From a virus (Duplodnaviria; Caudoviricetes), in IMG/VR virus record IMGVR_UViG_3300037311_000503, positions 1 through 45,135 of that record: a DNA stretch of 45,135 nt; one strand, written 5' to 3'. Positions 43,867 to 45,135 of the stretch are shown here, one piece after another (positions within the stretch are counted from its first letter, which is position 1; every line of letters starts with the position of its first letter). The notes under the pieces were generated by a model. That model was not told the origin of the DNA, did not search any database, and saw only the letters and a program-made list of their open reading frames with translations. The position numbers were made by a program, and so were the translations under genes.

Positions 43867-45135
43867 TTACGCGCGTCGGCGTGCAAACTCGCGGGCTTTG
43901 TCGTCGGCCCGGACGGTGTACTTGATTGTCGTCGCGACGTCGCTGTGCCCCAGCACGCGGCGTGCGGTGTCGATGTCCATCAGCGGGCTGTTTGCGACTT
44001 CGGTCGCCAGCGAGTGCCGAAGCTGCTTGGGCGTCCAGACGGGCACCCCAGCTCGCTCGCATGCTCGCTCGACGGCAGTGGCGTAGCTGTCGTGGCGGTA
44101 TGGGGTTGATTTCTTCGCGCGCTTCCATTCCGGCTTTTCTGCGTTAGAGTCAAACACGTAGTCGGTCGGTGCCTTGCCCTTGAGGTAGGGCTTGAGCAGG
44201 GCGATGCACTTTGGGCCCAGGGGTACCTCGCGGGTGATGTGCTCGAGGTGGGCGAGCTTTGATCCGCTTTGCGAGACGCGGTAGACCCAGAGCTCGTTGC
44301 TCACGACGTGCAGGTCCTTGGGCTGCATGCTTCGCACTTCGAGCGGTCGCATGCCAACAAGGCGCTGCACCTGGACCATGGTTGCGACGGTTGGCGGCAT
44401 GTGTGCGATCGCGGCGGTGACGTGTTCGTCCCGGGCTGGCTCACCGGGCTTGGGCTCACGCAGGGCGAGGCCGGGTGAGCGGCCGCGCGTGAGCGAGCCG
44501 ATCGTGAGCAGCGAGCGATACTGGGTTTCGGCGACGAGCTCTTTGCTGACGGCATGCTTGAATGCCTGCTGGATGCACCACACATATTTGTTGATGGTCT
44601 CGCGGCTGTACAACCCGACCGGGTTGCCTGCGCTGTCGAGCTTGGGACGCGTCTCGCCTGTGCGGCGGCCTTTGGCGTCAAGAACGTGCTCGCGGCGGAC
44701 CGCCTTGGCCATCAGGGTGCGCAGCTTGTTGAGTGCAACCGGGCCGAACGCGTTGATGGCCATCGTGCCCAGGCCAGCTTTGCCAACAAGCTCGAACGCG
44801 GTGCGGACCCGAAGCGCGTGGGTGGTCGCCTTGCCGCGCTTTGTGTAGTACTGCTCGCAGTGTTCAAGAAACACTGCGCCGAGGTCGGCGACGGTGCGCG
44901 TGCTGATCTGCGACACAATGGAGTCGGGTGTGGCTCGCTCGATGTCCACGTTGCCTGAAAGCAACTCAACAACGATCGCGTCATATGCGGCTTTGCACTC
45001 AGCCGAGCCGTATTTCCCCAGTCGCCGGTGTCGGCCCTGTATGACGACAAACCCACCGCCATCGGGATGGCGGTAGAGCTTTGGGACCAAGTTGCGAGGA
45101 CGGCCAGCAGCCTTCTTGTCTAACAAACTTGTCAT
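43867..45135 (-). CDS. int: Tyrosine integrase
   Basis: GMRPLEV, KQLRHS and LGHSDVATTIKY catalytic motifs; N-terminal LGKYGSAECKAAY. Confidence 0.95.
   Translation of the reverse strand: MTSLLDKKAAGRPRNLVPKLYRHPDGGGFVVIQGRHRRLGKYGSAECKAAYDAIVVELLSGNVDIERATPDSIVSQISTRTVADLGAVFLEHCEQYYTKRGKATTHALRVRTAFELVGKAGLGTMAINAFGPVALNKLRTLMAKAVRREHVLDAKGRRTGETRPKLDSAGNPVGLYSRETINKYVWCIQQAFKHAVSKELVAETQYRSLLTIGSLTRGRSPGLALREPKPGEPARDEHVTAAIAHMPPTVATMVQVQRLVGMRPLEVRSMQPKDLHVVSNELWVYRVSQSGSKLAHLEHITREVPLGPKCIALLKPYLKGKAPTDYVFDSNAEKPEWKRAKKSTPYRHDSYATAVERACERAGVPVWTPKQLRHSLATEVANSPLMDIDTARRVLGHSDVATTIKYTVRADDKAREFARRRA

Larger units (their letters stand above)
1..45135. mobile_element. Temperate lambda-like siphophage or prophage, probably planctomycete host
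   Basis: Repressor, primase-helicase, terminase, portal, protease, capsid, tail and integrase genes in phage order. No host housekeeping genes and no att sites are visible. Confidence 0.95.

Overview
The window is an apparently complete ~45 kb temperate, lambda-like siphophage or prophage. The host is probably a planctomycete, inferred from a DUF1580-like HTH and the integrase N-terminus. Gene order: leftward XRE repressor; divergent DUF1580-like gene and primase-helicase; membrane and HNH genes; TerS-like gene, DNA methyltransferase, beta-helix protein and GpA-type TerL; a sigma-like factor; gpW, portal, S49 protease, major capsid and DUF2190; neck and tail genes with a -1 frameshifted chaperone; an atypical tRNA(CAT) followed by a structured non-coding tract; tape measure; tail tip genes interrupted by accessory genes; an SGNH esterase; two small-gene plus HTH pairs; a lipoprotein; and a tyrosine integrase. 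The most notable signals are (1) the tRNA plus ~260-nt structured RNA candidate in the tail operon, (2) the sigma-like gene with a repeated GGGTAC-N10-TTGTGGCATG motif ahead of head and tail genes, (3) a repressor/integrase layout resembling integration-dependent immunity, (4) a recurring ATGTA(C/G)TACAT operator-like palindrome, and (5) G-rich repeats at module junctions. All calls come from reading motifs and synteny by eye. No searches were run, and several start codons are uncertain.
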